Shown here piece by piece: positions 12,830-22,257 of a DNA stretch of 39,152 nt. The notes beneath the pieces were generated by a model that saw only the letters and a program-made list of their open reading frames with translations, made no database searches and had not been told where the DNA came from. The stretch covers positions 1 through 39,152 of the forward strand of contig JAGOTX010000002.1 of the NCBI GenBank assembly GCA_018061565.1. Direction: 5' to 3'. Position numbers and translations under genes: made by a program. Origin of the DNA: Pseudomonadota bacterium (GTDB lineage: Bacteria; Pseudomonadota; Alphaproteobacteria; Paracaedibacterales; UBA11393). Numbering within the stretch: position 1 is the stretch's first letter; each line of letters opens with the position of its first letter.

Positions 12830-13348
12830 ATGAAAAAAGTTCTATCTTTAACCTTAAGCTTAACAGTTAGTTGCTTTTGTGATGTTCAAAAAAATAAGAT
12901 TGTTCAAGAGGCAATCGTTAAAAAAGAGGATGGGAAAATTGCATTTTATCCAGAACACTTAAATTCAAACCCAAAAGCCTTTAAAACTGCTGTTGATATT
13001 TTTTTTGACCGTTATAAAAAAGAATCCTTAGATGGCTTTATTGCCTTATCTGCAACGTCATTTTCTGTTGCTAGTTGCCTTGGATATTTGTTAAATATAC
13101 CCGTTTATTTAGCATCCCCAAACAAACCGCATGTTATGTTTGATGTAAAAGAAAAATCAAAATACATTATTGTGGATGACTTGCTTGATAAGCCTACATT
13201 GATTGAAAATATTATTCATCAATTAGAAGAAAAAAAAGCCTATGTTATGGAAATTTGCACCCTTACAGAAAACTTAAAAATCAAAACACGCGATAAAATA
13301 GCAGCGCAAGTAATGAGCATTTTTGTGTTAAGGGAAACACAAAATTAA
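12830..13348 (+). CDS. adenine phosphoribosyltransferase-like protein with hydrophobic N-terminal leader and degenerate PRPP loop
   Basis: NPKAFKTAVDIFFDRYKKESLDGFIALSATSFSVASCLGYLLNIPVYLASPNKP aligns by eye with Apt (DPKAY..SIDLLVERYK...ITKVVGTEARGF.FGAPVA..LGVGFVPVRKPGK). The PRPP motif VLVVDDLLATGGT is reduced to YIIVDDLLDKPTL. The N-terminus MKKVLSLTLSLTVSCF looks like a signal peptide. Confidence 0.5.
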   Translation: MKKVLSLTLSLTVSCFCDVQKNKIVQEAIVKKEDGKIAFYPEHLNSNPKAFKTAVDIFFDRYKKESLDGFIALSATSFSVASCLGYLLNIPVYLASPNKPHVMFDVKEKSKYIIVDDLLDKPTLIENIIHQLEEKKAYVMEICTLTENLKIKTRDKIAAQVMSIFVLRETQN

Positions 13349-14565
13349 GCTGCATTATGTGTTGATGGAAGCGCTGATGAAAGCATACGAAGCAGCATTT
13401 GAATATTACTTGGAGAGCGCGATAGATCCTCTAAAATAGCGGGAAGGCTTTTATTTTCCCAACCAACGATTAATTCAATAAGAGAAGGCGTTGGACTATG
13501 TGGATCTAAATTTTGCAAAAAGAGGCCTATGTCCCTTAAAGCCTGATAAGCCTCACGACGGCCAGTGATGTTCATAACATCATCGTGCAGATCATGTGTT
13601 TGACGTGTTTGTGAAGATATAACCTTTTCTGGAGAATCAACAATGTTTATAACGGCTTCATCAAAAGTGGCATTTTTTGTTTCTTCAAAATTTTGCGTTT
13701 CTAATGATTGGTGAATATAATTTCCTGTTTGTTCAGGTGCTGATTCGTCATACTCAAGCGGTAAAGAACGTTGTTCTAACGTGGTTTTTGAAATACGGCT
13801 AATATCGTCCAAACAAGTTCTAATACGGTTAAACCCTGTTGCTTGCTTTCCAAGCTTTTGGCCTAAAAACGTAAAGAAGGATTTAATTTCTTCTAATGAC
13901 CGCTGGCTATAATAGTAATTTTTTTGAAGATAATGAACATCCGTTGTTGCTAACGATTTTTTAAAAGCAGAAAGCGTTAGCTTGCCTTTATTTTCAGCAT
14001 CAGAAATTTGCTTTGCATAGTCTGTAGAACGCTTTGCAATGGTTTCTGTATTAAGTGCTAAAATCCAATCCGAAAGAGTAAGCGTTGCACGTTCTTGCAT
14101 TAAAGGGTGATACGTTAATGGTGTTATCATAATACGTGTTGCAAATTGTTCATTCATCCATTCAAGTAAGTGGATTCTTGCATCAAAATCGCCGTCTTCT
14201 TGTTGTGGATAAATGTTATTCCAATAGGTATTAATCATTTGATTACAAAGCTTAATGCCCCTATAAAATCCTTTAATGCCATCTAAAACAATCCAACTTT
14301 CTGTAAGCCAACCTACGATTTGGATGTCTTTAGTTCTAAATTCAAGTAACTGACTTGATAACTGTTCAACAAGGGCAAAGTCTGCTTTTTTAAGGTCACG
14401 GACCCAAATTCCTTGAGAAAGTGAATCATCATCTTCACGTCTTGCCTCTTTAATATCGTCGTAGATTGGTTCATACCTTAAGTATTCACCAACGCCATTT
14501 TCAGTTGCAAGGGGGGCGATCAACCGTTCATCGTTGATCTCTACACGCTTTTTAGATGCTCTCAT
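13345..14565 (-). CDS. tssA: T6SS TssA (ImpA N-terminal domain protein)
   Basis: The ImpA_N signature GVGEYLRYEPIYDDIKEARREDDD lies near the N-terminus. I prefer the ATG at 14565 (MRASKK...), which is preceded by GGAGGATAAT and lies 1 nt after the tssM stop. The listed TTG start is at 14577. Confidence 0.8.
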   Translation of the reverse strand: MRASKKRVEINDERLIAPLATENGVGEYLRYEPIYDDIKEARREDDDSLSQGIWVRDLKKADFALVEQLSSQLLEFRTKDIQIVGWLTESWIVLDGIKGFYRGIKLCNQMINTYWNNIYPQQEDGDFDARIHLLEWMNEQFATRIMITPLTYHPLMQERATLTLSDWILALNTETIAKRSTDYAKQISDAENKGKLTLSAFKKSLATTDVHYLQKNYYYSQRSLEEIKSFFTFLGQKLGKQATGFNRIRTCLDDISRISKTTLEQRSLPLEYDESAPEQTGNYIHQSLETQNFEETKNATFDEAVINIVDSPEKVISSQTRQTHDLHDDVMNITGRREAYQALRDIGLFLQNLDPHSPTPSLIELIVGWENKSLPAILEDLSRSPSNIQMLLRMLSSALPSTHNAA

Positions 14566-14566
14566 A

Positions 14567-17500
14567 TTATCCTCCAATGCCTAAAGCTTTTGCTGTATCT
14601 GCTGCAAGGCTTGATCCACTACTGCTGTTGTTTGTGTTACCATCTGTTGTTGGTGTTGAAGAAGATGAGGACCCATTACTTGAACTGTTATTTGAGGCAT
14701 TATTTCCAAAACCAGGGAGAAGTTTGCTTATTTCATTACTGCTGTTCTTTAAGATATCCACCGGTGATTGTGGTTGAGGGGGGGAGGTACTACTTGATGT
14801 CGGTTGACCACCAGTATTGCCACCAGTATTGCCGCCATTATTATCACCACTATTATTACCGTTACTATTATTATTTTGATTATTATTAGAATTATTGTTT
14901 TTTTGGTCATTCATATTTGGACTAACAACGCCACTACCACCGGATGTATTCATATTTGAATAATCACTCATTCCGACATCTGGAATGGGGGCATTCGTTC
15001 CTTCATCAAAAGACTTTGGCGTGTAAACTTGAGGTTCAACAAGTCCATCCGCTAGAGCAGCTTGATTTAAATATCCCTTAATGTCGCCTGAAACGTTTGG
15101 TGCATCTGCTGGAAATTCTGGCATGCGCATTTCTTTACCAACGGCTTTTCCTTTTGTGGAAGGAACAGATAACGTAACGCGATCAAAAACAGATGTTTTA
15201 CCTTGTGCTATTGGAATATTAAAGCCCAAAACATAGTATTTACTATCACCTGTTAGTTCTGTATTAACAGACGCTTTTAAAGCTTTAAGTAGCGCCCAAC
15301 GACCACCATATGAAAGGGTTGCTGTTGAACCTTCAGCCCTATAATTTGGCGTGTTTGCATCCGCAACGGGTTTTGTATCCCCATCACTATACTTAAAGCC
15401 AAATACAACCGGTTGACCAACATACCAACGAGCCGTTTTTGATTGTTTGTCTATGCGTGTATCACCAACCATAAGGTAGCCTTCAACCAAACGATCGGCA
15501 TTTGCTTCCCTATCGCGATTAACTCTAAAATCTGCTTTGACATCAAAACTAATGGTATCACCATCTGCTTTACCAGAAATAAAGGGTTCAATAAATGATC
15601 GAACATGGGCCATGTTTTCTAAAAAGTTGACAAGGGGTTTTGCTGATTCACCAAGTTGATAGACTTGATCTAAGATTTTGTCTGGTGTTTTACCAAATTC
15701 ATCCATCTTAGCGAAGAATTCACGTAAAGCTTCTGGTTCTACTTCGTCTTTTGCGGCATTTACATCCAAAACAAAGGGGAACTTACCACGTATTTTGTCG
15801 TTATAAATTTGAAGCAGTTTTTCGTAATTACTAATACCAACTTGACGTTTTAAAACTTCTGCACGCCCTAAAAGGCCTTTTTTAAGACCACGAATAATTT
15901 CAGAAAAATAATCGCCTGTTGCTGTTTTAACGTCTGTCACATTAATAAGTGTTGTAACATTTTCAGCTGTATAGGTATTCATTGTTTTTAAAATAAATTC
16001 TTCCAATAATGAATATGTACTGCCGGCTTGTTTTGCTTCGCCTGATTTAAATTGTTCAACAATTCTGCGCCATCTATTAAGAAGGACTTTATCGCCTTGA
16101 GATTCCATCATAACTGGGGAACTTAAAAACACAACGATGGATTCTGCATAACCAACAAGGCGCTTCATTTGAGCTTTTTGAACATCCATATAGGCTTGAA
16201 GATCTTGTTGATCCCTTACGGCAAAGCCATTAAGCGCTGAATTGATTTTACCGTCCCACCAACTAAAACGTGAGTCTTTAACCGTAAAGGGGCTGAGCGT
16301 TCCTTGTAGTTTTTCAACTTGAGAAAGCATCCAAAAATAGCTGTTGCCAAGCAAATTTCTAAGTTCTGTAAAGCTAAAGCCAACAGTGCCTTGATTCATG
16401 AGTTGTAAAAGTTTGACAAACTTTGGACCAACGTTTTGAATATCATTAATCATGCTGGATAAAATTTCTTCTGCTTGCAATTTATCTGACATGGTTGTTG
16501 GAACTGAAACAAAGTTTTGTGCTTGAGCGACAAGATCCACAATATTTGATTGCAAGCTTTCACGCGCGATAATACGCAAGTTTTCTTGAATCATTTTGGG
16601 GAAGTTTTCAACATGTTTGCTTAAAAAGTCATCAAAACTTTTTGCCATTTCAAACGCAATGTCAATTCGATTAGCATCCCAACGAAGCATTTTACCGGAT
16701 GGTACTTGGTAGTTAAAGGATGTATGCGTTGCCTCAGACATATAGGGTTCGTTAAAGAGCATTTCTAAAGAAGACGCAAGATCTAAAATACCTTGTGAAT
16801 ATTTTGTTTCCATCTTCTGTTTTTGCATTGGTGCTATTGGAAGTTTTGCCTTAAAGCCAACAAGCGTTAAATTAAGGGTTTTAAGTTGTTGCTTAAAGTT
16901 TTCAAAACCAATTGCTGTTTGATCAATTAAAAATTGACTTACTTTTTTACCAAATAAGCGTTCATTTGCATCTAAAGAATCAAAAAGTTCATTAAATTCT
17001 TTATCTGGGTTAAAATATTCAGCGTCCATCCATGTTTTACCGGCTTCGCCAAGGCAACGAACACCTTCTGCAAGTTCAAGTGAAAATTGCCTAAAGCTTT
17101 TAAGATCTGGCGCCCTTTTATTATGCGTGTTAGAAAGCTTGGCTAGAAAGTCATTCACTCGCCCTGGCAAACTGTTTACACTTTCAGAATTAAACATGAC
17201 ATTTAAATAATTTTGATATAAAACGCCAAGGGTTTCCCTTGCCATGAATTGATAAGGTGTTAAATCAATACTTGGAAAGACCATGTTTTCAAGCAAATTT
17301 CGAATGGATTTATAATTTTCGATAAACTGTTGTGGCAGTCTTGAATTAAATGTAAAGGCGACTAAATCGTCCAAATCTCTGGCGTCTGATGCGGATCTTA
17401 AGTTATTAAATTTAAAGACCATTTCCTCTAGCTTATTAAGGTCTTGAACATATGATTTAACAAGTCCCCATTCTTTACCCGTTGTTGGTTTTAAAAGCAA

Positions 17501-19264
17501 TGCCAAAGATTCAGATTGATCCATTTGTGTTGGCCTTAAATTTAAAAGACCACGCGCTTTAATTAAAAGATCAATATAAATTGATTTTATAATAATCTGC
17601 TGATAGGACACTTTAAGCGTTTCATTCATGTCACGACGGATAGGGCTAAACCAAGAAGCAGGAACAAAGACCGAAAAGAACGATGTATTTTGCATACGTT
17701 CCATCATATCCATAAATTCCCTTGCATACGTTTCAAACACAAGCGTTGATTGACTTGGTTGATTAATTTGAATTTTTTGCATTTCATAAAGCAATGTGTT
17801 CATTTTTTGGAGCACTGGCATCATATAAGTGCGCTGTTCTAAAAAGCGTTCATACGCATTATAAAGCCCTATAGAACCGATAACGGCAAACGCCGCTGTA
17901 CTTATTTTTGCAAGATTAATACCGCGATTAATGGATAAAATTCTGCCCGATAGTGGTTTTGACAAACCCGCTTCATAAAAGATTTTTTCATTAATCAAAT
18001 CATCAATAAAGAAAATTTTACGCCGCCCTGGGGACAACATATCACGCGTTTCATCCTGAACGGATAAAGGTTCTTCTAGGTTTTGGGTAATTGCATCAAT
18101 GTTTAAAGATTTAAAACCTTCAATACCACTGTCGCCGACAAAATAAATACCACGTAAAAGGGGCGATTCTTGATACGCATCTGTTTTAAAAATGCTGGAA
18201 ACATAAATAGATAAACGTTCTTTAATGGTTAAAAGTTCAACAGGGAACACAAATATACCATCACGCGTTTCGTGTGGTTTATTGGACGCTAAAATATCTG
18301 TTCTAAGGTCATTAAGATTCGCCATAACACTTGAAAACGCTTCATCCACCCATTTGGATGAAAAGGCAATGGTTGGATTGTAAGGTGATGACCAACCAAA
18401 AATATTTTGCCTATTTTGACTTGGAATTTCTGCACAAACACTTTGAAATCCTGGAATAACATCGCATTTTGTAACAACGACATAAACAGGTAAACGAAGC
18501 CCCATATTGTTTTGAGCAGCTTGAAGTTTATGCGCTAAAAAATTAGCACGTTCGTTAATTTCTTCAATAGATAAGCGGTACTTACCGTAAAGTTCTTCTG
18601 CAGAGATTGTAAAAATAATACCATTTATAGGACGTGCAGCACGATAACGAGATAAAAGAATGAGAAGAGATCTCCACCCATTTTCATTTGAACCTGTACC
18701 ACGGGCGTTAATAAGGTATTTTCCCTTAATATCTAAAACAACGCCACGGTTTAAAAACCACCAACGACAATCGGCCCGTTCTGCTTGTTCACCAAAGCTT
18801 GGCGCACCGACCGGAAGATTAAGGTTTGAACCTTCCATCAATCCTGTTTTGCCAGATTCTTCAGACCCAACCAGTAAATACCACGGAAGACGATATTTAT
18901 AATTGGCAGAATTGAGCGAACTTCTTAAAAAATCGAGCGCATTAAAGAATGATTTACTTAAATCACTCACCTGAAGGTAACCACGTTTAACAAGAAACTC
19001 ACTAACTGGACCACCAAGAGGGGGTAAATTATGGGATCTCGCTTTAACGGCAGCAGCATCACTTGCATTGGGATCATCTGCAATAAGAGGTGACTCTGCC
19101 TTTTTTTTAGCACCTTGACGAAGACTTATAACAACCATAATGATTGTTACAATCATGATGAACACACCTAAAATTATCAGCACCAAAATAAGCGTTGGTA
19201 GCGTTGATAATTTTGCAAAATAATCGCCTATTTTTGTAAAGAATGAATTAATAAAATGTATCAT
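14567..19264 (-). CDS. tssM: T6SS membrane-complex protein TssM (IcmF family), oversized, with low-complexity C-terminal tail
   Basis: IcmF hallmarks are present: LPWYLLVGSEESGKTGLM (Walker A), CRWWFLNRGVVLDIKGKY, INGIIFTISAEEL and PVYVVVTKCDVIPGF. There is an N-terminal hydrophobic segment, a second TM segment near aa ~450, and a long periplasmic region. It is 1565 aa versus ~1100-1200 for typical TssM. Its ATG overlaps the tssL stop (ATGA). Confidence 0.9.
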   Translation of the reverse strand: MIHFINSFFTKIGDYFAKLSTLPTLILVLIILGVFIMIVTIIMVVISLRQGAKKKAESPLIADDPNASDAAAVKARSHNLPPLGGPVSEFLVKRGYLQVSDLSKSFFNALDFLRSSLNSANYKYRLPWYLLVGSEESGKTGLMEGSNLNLPVGAPSFGEQAERADCRWWFLNRGVVLDIKGKYLINARGTGSNENGWRSLLILLSRYRAARPINGIIFTISAEELYGKYRLSIEEINERANFLAHKLQAAQNNMGLRLPVYVVVTKCDVIPGFQSVCAEIPSQNRQNIFGWSSPYNPTIAFSSKWVDEAFSSVMANLNDLRTDILASNKPHETRDGIFVFPVELLTIKERLSIYVSSIFKTDAYQESPLLRGIYFVGDSGIEGFKSLNIDAITQNLEEPLSVQDETRDMLSPGRRKIFFIDDLINEKIFYEAGLSKPLSGRILSINRGINLAKISTAAFAVIGSIGLYNAYERFLEQRTYMMPVLQKMNTLLYEMQKIQINQPSQSTLVFETYAREFMDMMERMQNTSFFSVFVPASWFSPIRRDMNETLKVSYQQIIIKSIYIDLLIKARGLLNLRPTQMDQSESLALLLKPTTGKEWGLVKSYVQDLNKLEEMVFKFNNLRSASDARDLDDLVAFTFNSRLPQQFIENYKSIRNLLENMVFPSIDLTPYQFMARETLGVLYQNYLNVMFNSESVNSLPGRVNDFLAKLSNTHNKRAPDLKSFRQFSLELAEGVRCLGEAGKTWMDAEYFNPDKEFNELFDSLDANERLFGKKVSQFLIDQTAIGFENFKQQLKTLNLTLVGFKAKLPIAPMQKQKMETKYSQGILDLASSLEMLFNEPYMSEATHTSFNYQVPSGKMLRWDANRIDIAFEMAKSFDDFLSKHVENFPKMIQENLRIIARESLQSNIVDLVAQAQNFVSVPTTMSDKLQAEEILSSMINDIQNVGPKFVKLLQLMNQGTVGFSFTELRNLLGNSYFWMLSQVEKLQGTLSPFTVKDSRFSWWDGKINSALNGFAVRDQQDLQAYMDVQKAQMKRLVGYAESIVVFLSSPVMMESQGDKVLLNRWRRIVEQFKSGEAKQAGSTYSLLEEFILKTMNTYTAENVTTLINVTDVKTATGDYFSEIIRGLKKGLLGRAEVLKRQVGISNYEKLLQIYNDKIRGKFPFVLDVNAAKDEVEPEALREFFAKMDEFGKTPDKILDQVYQLGESAKPLVNFLENMAHVRSFIEPFISGKADGDTISFDVKADFRVNRDREANADRLVEGYLMVGDTRIDKQSKTARWYVGQPVVFGFKYSDGDTKPVADANTPNYRAEGSTATLSYGGRWALLKALKASVNTELTGDSKYYVLGFNIPIAQGKTSVFDRVTLSVPSTKGKAVGKEMRMPEFPADAPNVSGDIKGYLNQAALADGLVEPQVYTPKSFDEGTNAPIPDVGMSDYSNMNTSGGSGVVSPNMNDQKNNNSNNNQNNNSNGNNSGDNNGGNTGGNTGGQPTSSSTSPPQPQSPVDILKNSSNEISKLLPGFGNNASNNSSSNGSSSSSTPTTDGNTNNSSSGSSLAADTAKALGIGG
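14570..14974 (-). other. Asn/Ser/Gly/Thr-rich low-complexity C-terminal tail of TssM (last 135 aa)
   Basis: The direct translation is GMSDYSNMNTSGGSG...NNNSNNNQNNNSNGNNSGDNNGGNTGGNTGGQPTSSSTSPPQPQSP...NNASNNSSSNGSSSSSTPTTDGNTNNSSSGSS...LGIGG. It contains a perfect 12-nt tandem duplication at 14809..14832. Confidence 0.85.
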
Positions 19265-20040
19265 GTTACGGTACTTTTTTGCAGTTGACGGTATATTTCA
19301 TTTAAAGCCACATTCATTTCTGATGCGAGTTTATGCCAGACGATGTAACTGATAAAAACATAAACAACGAGAACACTTAAAAGAGTGCTAACCCATGTTT
19401 TTAAATCAGGAAGCCCTTTGCCTGGATGTTCTGAAATTGTGCAAGAATAAGGATCTTCATTCAGGCGTTGTTTACCTGGATAATAAAGATCATTATGGCG
19501 CCCTTTAATGAGAAGATAGAGCTGATCCCTATACCAATTGAGTTGTTCTTGATCGGTTCCTTCGTTATAACGCCCTTTAAAACCTAAAGAAAGGGCCGTT
19601 AAATAAACTTGAGCAAGTTCTGAACGTGCGGGATCACTTGATTGTAAAAGAGCATCTAACCGTTTAAAAAATTGTTCACCAGCAACTTGTGTTTGAAAGA
19701 CTTGCCCTTCTAGCAATATTTTTCGCCAAACTTTGGTACCGCTCCATTCCATATTTAAAAAGACTTCATCTGCCAATGAAACCATGACATATTGCGCGTC
19801 CCTAAAATAGCTAGCGGTAATACCACTTGTGTTTTTTGACGCTTGAAGCGAATGAACTTCTAACACTTGATGAAGTTTTTTTTGAATTTCTTGAATGACA
19901 GATTCGATATGATTTGCGTCCTCATTAGGGCCAACTTCATTTTCAAATGTTCGCAGAGCTTTTTCTTTTTGGCGCAAAACTTCATAGTAGAACTCTTGAA
20001 AGTTTTGGACAAATATAGATGTATTGAATGTATAGATCAT
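19261..20040 (-). CDS. tssL: T6SS TssL (DotU family), single C-terminal TM, no peptidoglycan-binding extension
   Basis: It has a DotU-like core (...YVMVSLADEVFLNMEWSGTKVWRKILLE...), a C-terminal TM helix (VSTLLSVLVVYVFISYIVW) and only ~25 aa after it. AAGGGG lies upstream of the ATG. Confidence 0.8.
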   Translation of the reverse strand: MIYTFNTSIFVQNFQEFYYEVLRQKEKALRTFENEVGPNEDANHIESVIQEIQKKLHQVLEVHSLQASKNTSGITASYFRDAQYVMVSLADEVFLNMEWSGTKVWRKILLEGQVFQTQVAGEQFFKRLDALLQSSDPARSELAQVYLTALSLGFKGRYNEGTDQEQLNWYRDQLYLLIKGRHNDLYYPGKQRLNEDPYSCTISEHPGKGLPDLKTWVSTLLSVLVVYVFISYIVWHKLASEMNVALNEIYRQLQKSTVT

Positions 20041-20056
20041 TAATTTTTACCCCTTA

Positions 20057-21406
20057 CTAGGATCCCTTTTTGACATAAAGGACAATTTCTGTTGGGCGCC
20101 TTTCTGGATGGTCTGCTGGGTTAAAGATATTGATATTTTGATCAAAACGAATGTAATTGGGATCGACTTCAACCTCAATCAAAATAACGCCCCTTGTTGG
20201 CATAAGTTGATACATATCCCCTTCTCTTACAATAGAGCGCCTTGCACCTGTAATACGCTTATTGCGTACGCTATCAATAGCGTCATCGCTTGCGATAATA
20301 GCATCGCTCACCCAATCGTTAAGCTGAAGTTCTGACATGGTTTTTGGAATACGAATACCAAGATAGAGGCGATCATTCTTATAAGCTTCATGCATGCGAA
20401 GCGTAAAGAGACGATCCCTTTGATTAAAGAGGAAAGACGCATAAGCTTGTTCAATGGTTTGAAGCATTGCGTGAATATGGTCTATAACAGGTATAAAACA
20501 ACTCATAATATCTTGATGGTTATAAATTGGCATAACCGGTGGTAAATGAGATAGCCTTAATGTTGAAAGATTACCAGCAATAAGGCAAAGCGCTTCAAAC
20601 AAATGATGTGGATGAGCTTTTCGTCCGTGCGTAACAGATTCTAAATAAGGAAGAGAAACAACCAGTGGGCGAAGCAATGCTGCCGTTTCACCAGCAAGAG
20701 GGGTTCCTGCTTGACTTTGCCATTTATCAGAGAGATAACTTGCCTTTTCACGCAGTTTTTGAATGAGTTCTATGCAGGATTTATGAACAAGATTTTCTTC
20801 TGAAATATAAAAACAAGGGGCCATATAGTTTGTTTGAACAAAGGACTCATCACGGTAAGCAACCTTCATTAAGGGAATGGAAAATGTTCTAGGGGGGGGG
20901 GTTGTTCCAACGGCTAAATGCACACGTGGGAAAAGACGTGGGATCCTCACAATATTATCAGGCGCTGTGTCGTCTTTCACTTCATTCCCTTCAACAGACC
21001 AATAACGGGCAAATTCACCAACAATGGGTGATGCATGTTCATGGCGTTGAGGAAGAGCGAGCTGAATGGTAAGAACATTGGAGCTACTTCCCATAAGGTC
21101 ATTTTTATAAGGTTTTAAGTCAAATTCTAAAGGTGGAATATCTGCCTGTGCAATATTATATGAGATAATAAGCCCGTCTGGCATAATGGCTTCAAGCTCT
21201 GTAATGCGAATTAAACCATCTGGAAGGACGATAGGATCCAGCTTAAAAGAGCGAATACCCCAATGAAATTCTGACACCAACGACATGTGGTGGATTAGAA
21301 CCTGATGATGACGCAGATCCGATTGTTGAAAATGGTGGGGGGATAGCAACATGCCTTCATGCCACTGAATCTGGGGAGCTATAAGGGATTTCGTTGTAAC
21401 AGCCAT
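20057..21406 (-). CDS. tssK: T6SS baseplate protein TssK (ImpJ/VasE family)
   Basis: The N-terminus IQWHEGMLLSPHHFQQSDLRHHQ matches the TssK signature (W.EG..L.PQHFQQ.D). The length of 449 aa is typical. Confidence 0.9.
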   Translation of the reverse strand: MAVTTKSLIAPQIQWHEGMLLSPHHFQQSDLRHHQVLIHHMSLVSEFHWGIRSFKLDPIVLPDGLIRITELEAIMPDGLIISYNIAQADIPPLEFDLKPYKNDLMGSSSNVLTIQLALPQRHEHASPIVGEFARYWSVEGNEVKDDTAPDNIVRIPRLFPRVHLAVGTTPPPRTFSIPLMKVAYRDESFVQTNYMAPCFYISEENLVHKSCIELIQKLREKASYLSDKWQSQAGTPLAGETAALLRPLVVSLPYLESVTHGRKAHPHHLFEALCLIAGNLSTLRLSHLPPVMPIYNHQDIMSCFIPVIDHIHAMLQTIEQAYASFLFNQRDRLFTLRMHEAYKNDRLYLGIRIPKTMSELQLNDWVSDAIIASDDAIDSVRNKRITGARRSIVREGDMYQLMPTRGVILIEVEVDPNYIRFDQNINIFNPADHPERRPTEIVLYVKKGS

Positions 21407-21444
21407 AGGTCAACATCCAAAAAAAATGAAACTTTCTCTCTTCC

Positions 21445-21473
21445 ATTATACATAAGCGCCATGGCATTACAAA
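21445..21473 (-). promoter_or_regulatory. putative sigma70-type promoter upstream of tssK
   Basis: On the minus strand the sequence reads TTTGTA-N17-TATAAT, with TG immediately upstream of the -10. The -35 is at 21473..21468 and the -10 at 21450..21445. It lies in the 161-nt gap between the small secreted-protein gene and tssK. This is pattern-only evidence. Confidence 0.3.
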
Positions 21474-21567
21474 CGATTTTGGTTAATTTTTAGTTAAATT
21501 TTATATGAATGTATCTTCTGTGGATAAAAAACAATCAGAAAAAGGCAAGAATGATCAAATTAGGCGA

Positions 21568-22098
21568 TTAATCTTTCTTTTTTCCTTCTTTACTTTTTTC
21601 AATGAGTGGTTTTTTTTCGTCATTATTATCCCAATCTTTTTTTAAATATCCCAAAGACTTATTGCTTTCCCTGGAATCAGAAGATGATTCTGAATCAGAT
21701 CTTTGAAATAAATTTAAAATTGGATCATACCAATGTGTTTCTATAATGACTGGTGGAGATACAAGAGAACAATTTGTTATTGTATAATAGTTTTTTAAAT
21801 GCTCTGTGAACTCACCCCATCCTTGAATCCCTAAATAAAAATTATTTAAAGCTCTAACACAATACCCACAACGAATATTTTCATTTAATTTCTTCATTAG
21901 AGATTCTAGGGTTTCTGTTTTGGAATCAACCAAATACTGTACAATAAGTCTTGATTCTGATACTGTTACTTCATTATAAGGCGTATTCATAAATTTATTT
22001 TCTAACATCAACGCTTGTTCTTTAGATAAGGGGCAAACTTGCAACTCAGCAGAAAACAGAAGCTGTAACATTGCACTCAACGCAATAATATATTTCAT
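21568..22098 (-). CDS. small secreted protein, paralog A (unknown family) in the tssJ position
   Basis: I prefer the ATG at 22098 (MKYIIALSAMLQLLFSA..., signal-peptide-like), preceded by AGGAGAGAAAA. It is 176 aa. Its C-terminal ~55 aa are near-identical to the neighbouring gene at 22292..22819. Confidence 0.6.
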   Translation of the reverse strand: MKYIIALSAMLQLLFSAELQVCPLSKEQALMLENKFMNTPYNEVTVSESRLIVQYLVDSKTETLESLMKKLNENIRCGYCVRALNNFYLGIQGWGEFTEHLKNYYTITNCSLVSPPVIIETHWYDPILNLFQRSDSESSSDSRESNKSLGYLKKDWDNNDEKKPLIEKSKEGKKKD

Positions 22099-22257
22099 TT
22101 TTTCTCTCCTTCTATTATTGTTCATACATTCTAAGTTGCTCTTCTAAATCATGTTCTAAATCTTTTTTAAAACCATCTAATGTCCAAACTTTTTTTAGCT
22201 TTTCAGATAAGTAAGATCCTACACTTTTAATAAAGGTTTTAAATTCTTAATTTGTGG

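Noticed and set aside
14556-14889. ORFs 14556..14777(+) and 14590..14889(+) with Tyr/Leu/His-rich translations
   Set aside because: They lie antisense to the repetitive low-complexity tail of tssM, where the absence of stops is a by-product of the AAT/AGT/GGT codon repeats.
21519-21527. Perfect DnaA box (TTATCCACA on the minus strand) in the gap upstream of tssK
   Set aside because: It is a single isolated 9-mer with no cluster of boxes and no AT-rich unwinding repeats organised around it. One chance occurrence in 39 kb of AT-rich DNA is plausible.
21568-22098. Calling the gene upstream of tssK as tssJ
   Set aside because: The position and size fit. However, there is no canonical lipobox ([LVI][ASTVI][GAS]C): the sequences are LQVC and, in the paralog, GIVC. 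The sequence looks helical rather than transthyretin-like beta. The Ser/Asp-Lys tail is not a TssJ feature. I reported it as a positional analogue only.
22126-22250. About 46-codon open frame on the minus strand (…KSVGSYLSEKLKKVWTLDGFKKDLEHDLEEQLRMYEQ) between the two paralogs
   Set aside because: It has no plausible start codon or RBS. It may be a gene remnant, but the sequence alone cannot support that.
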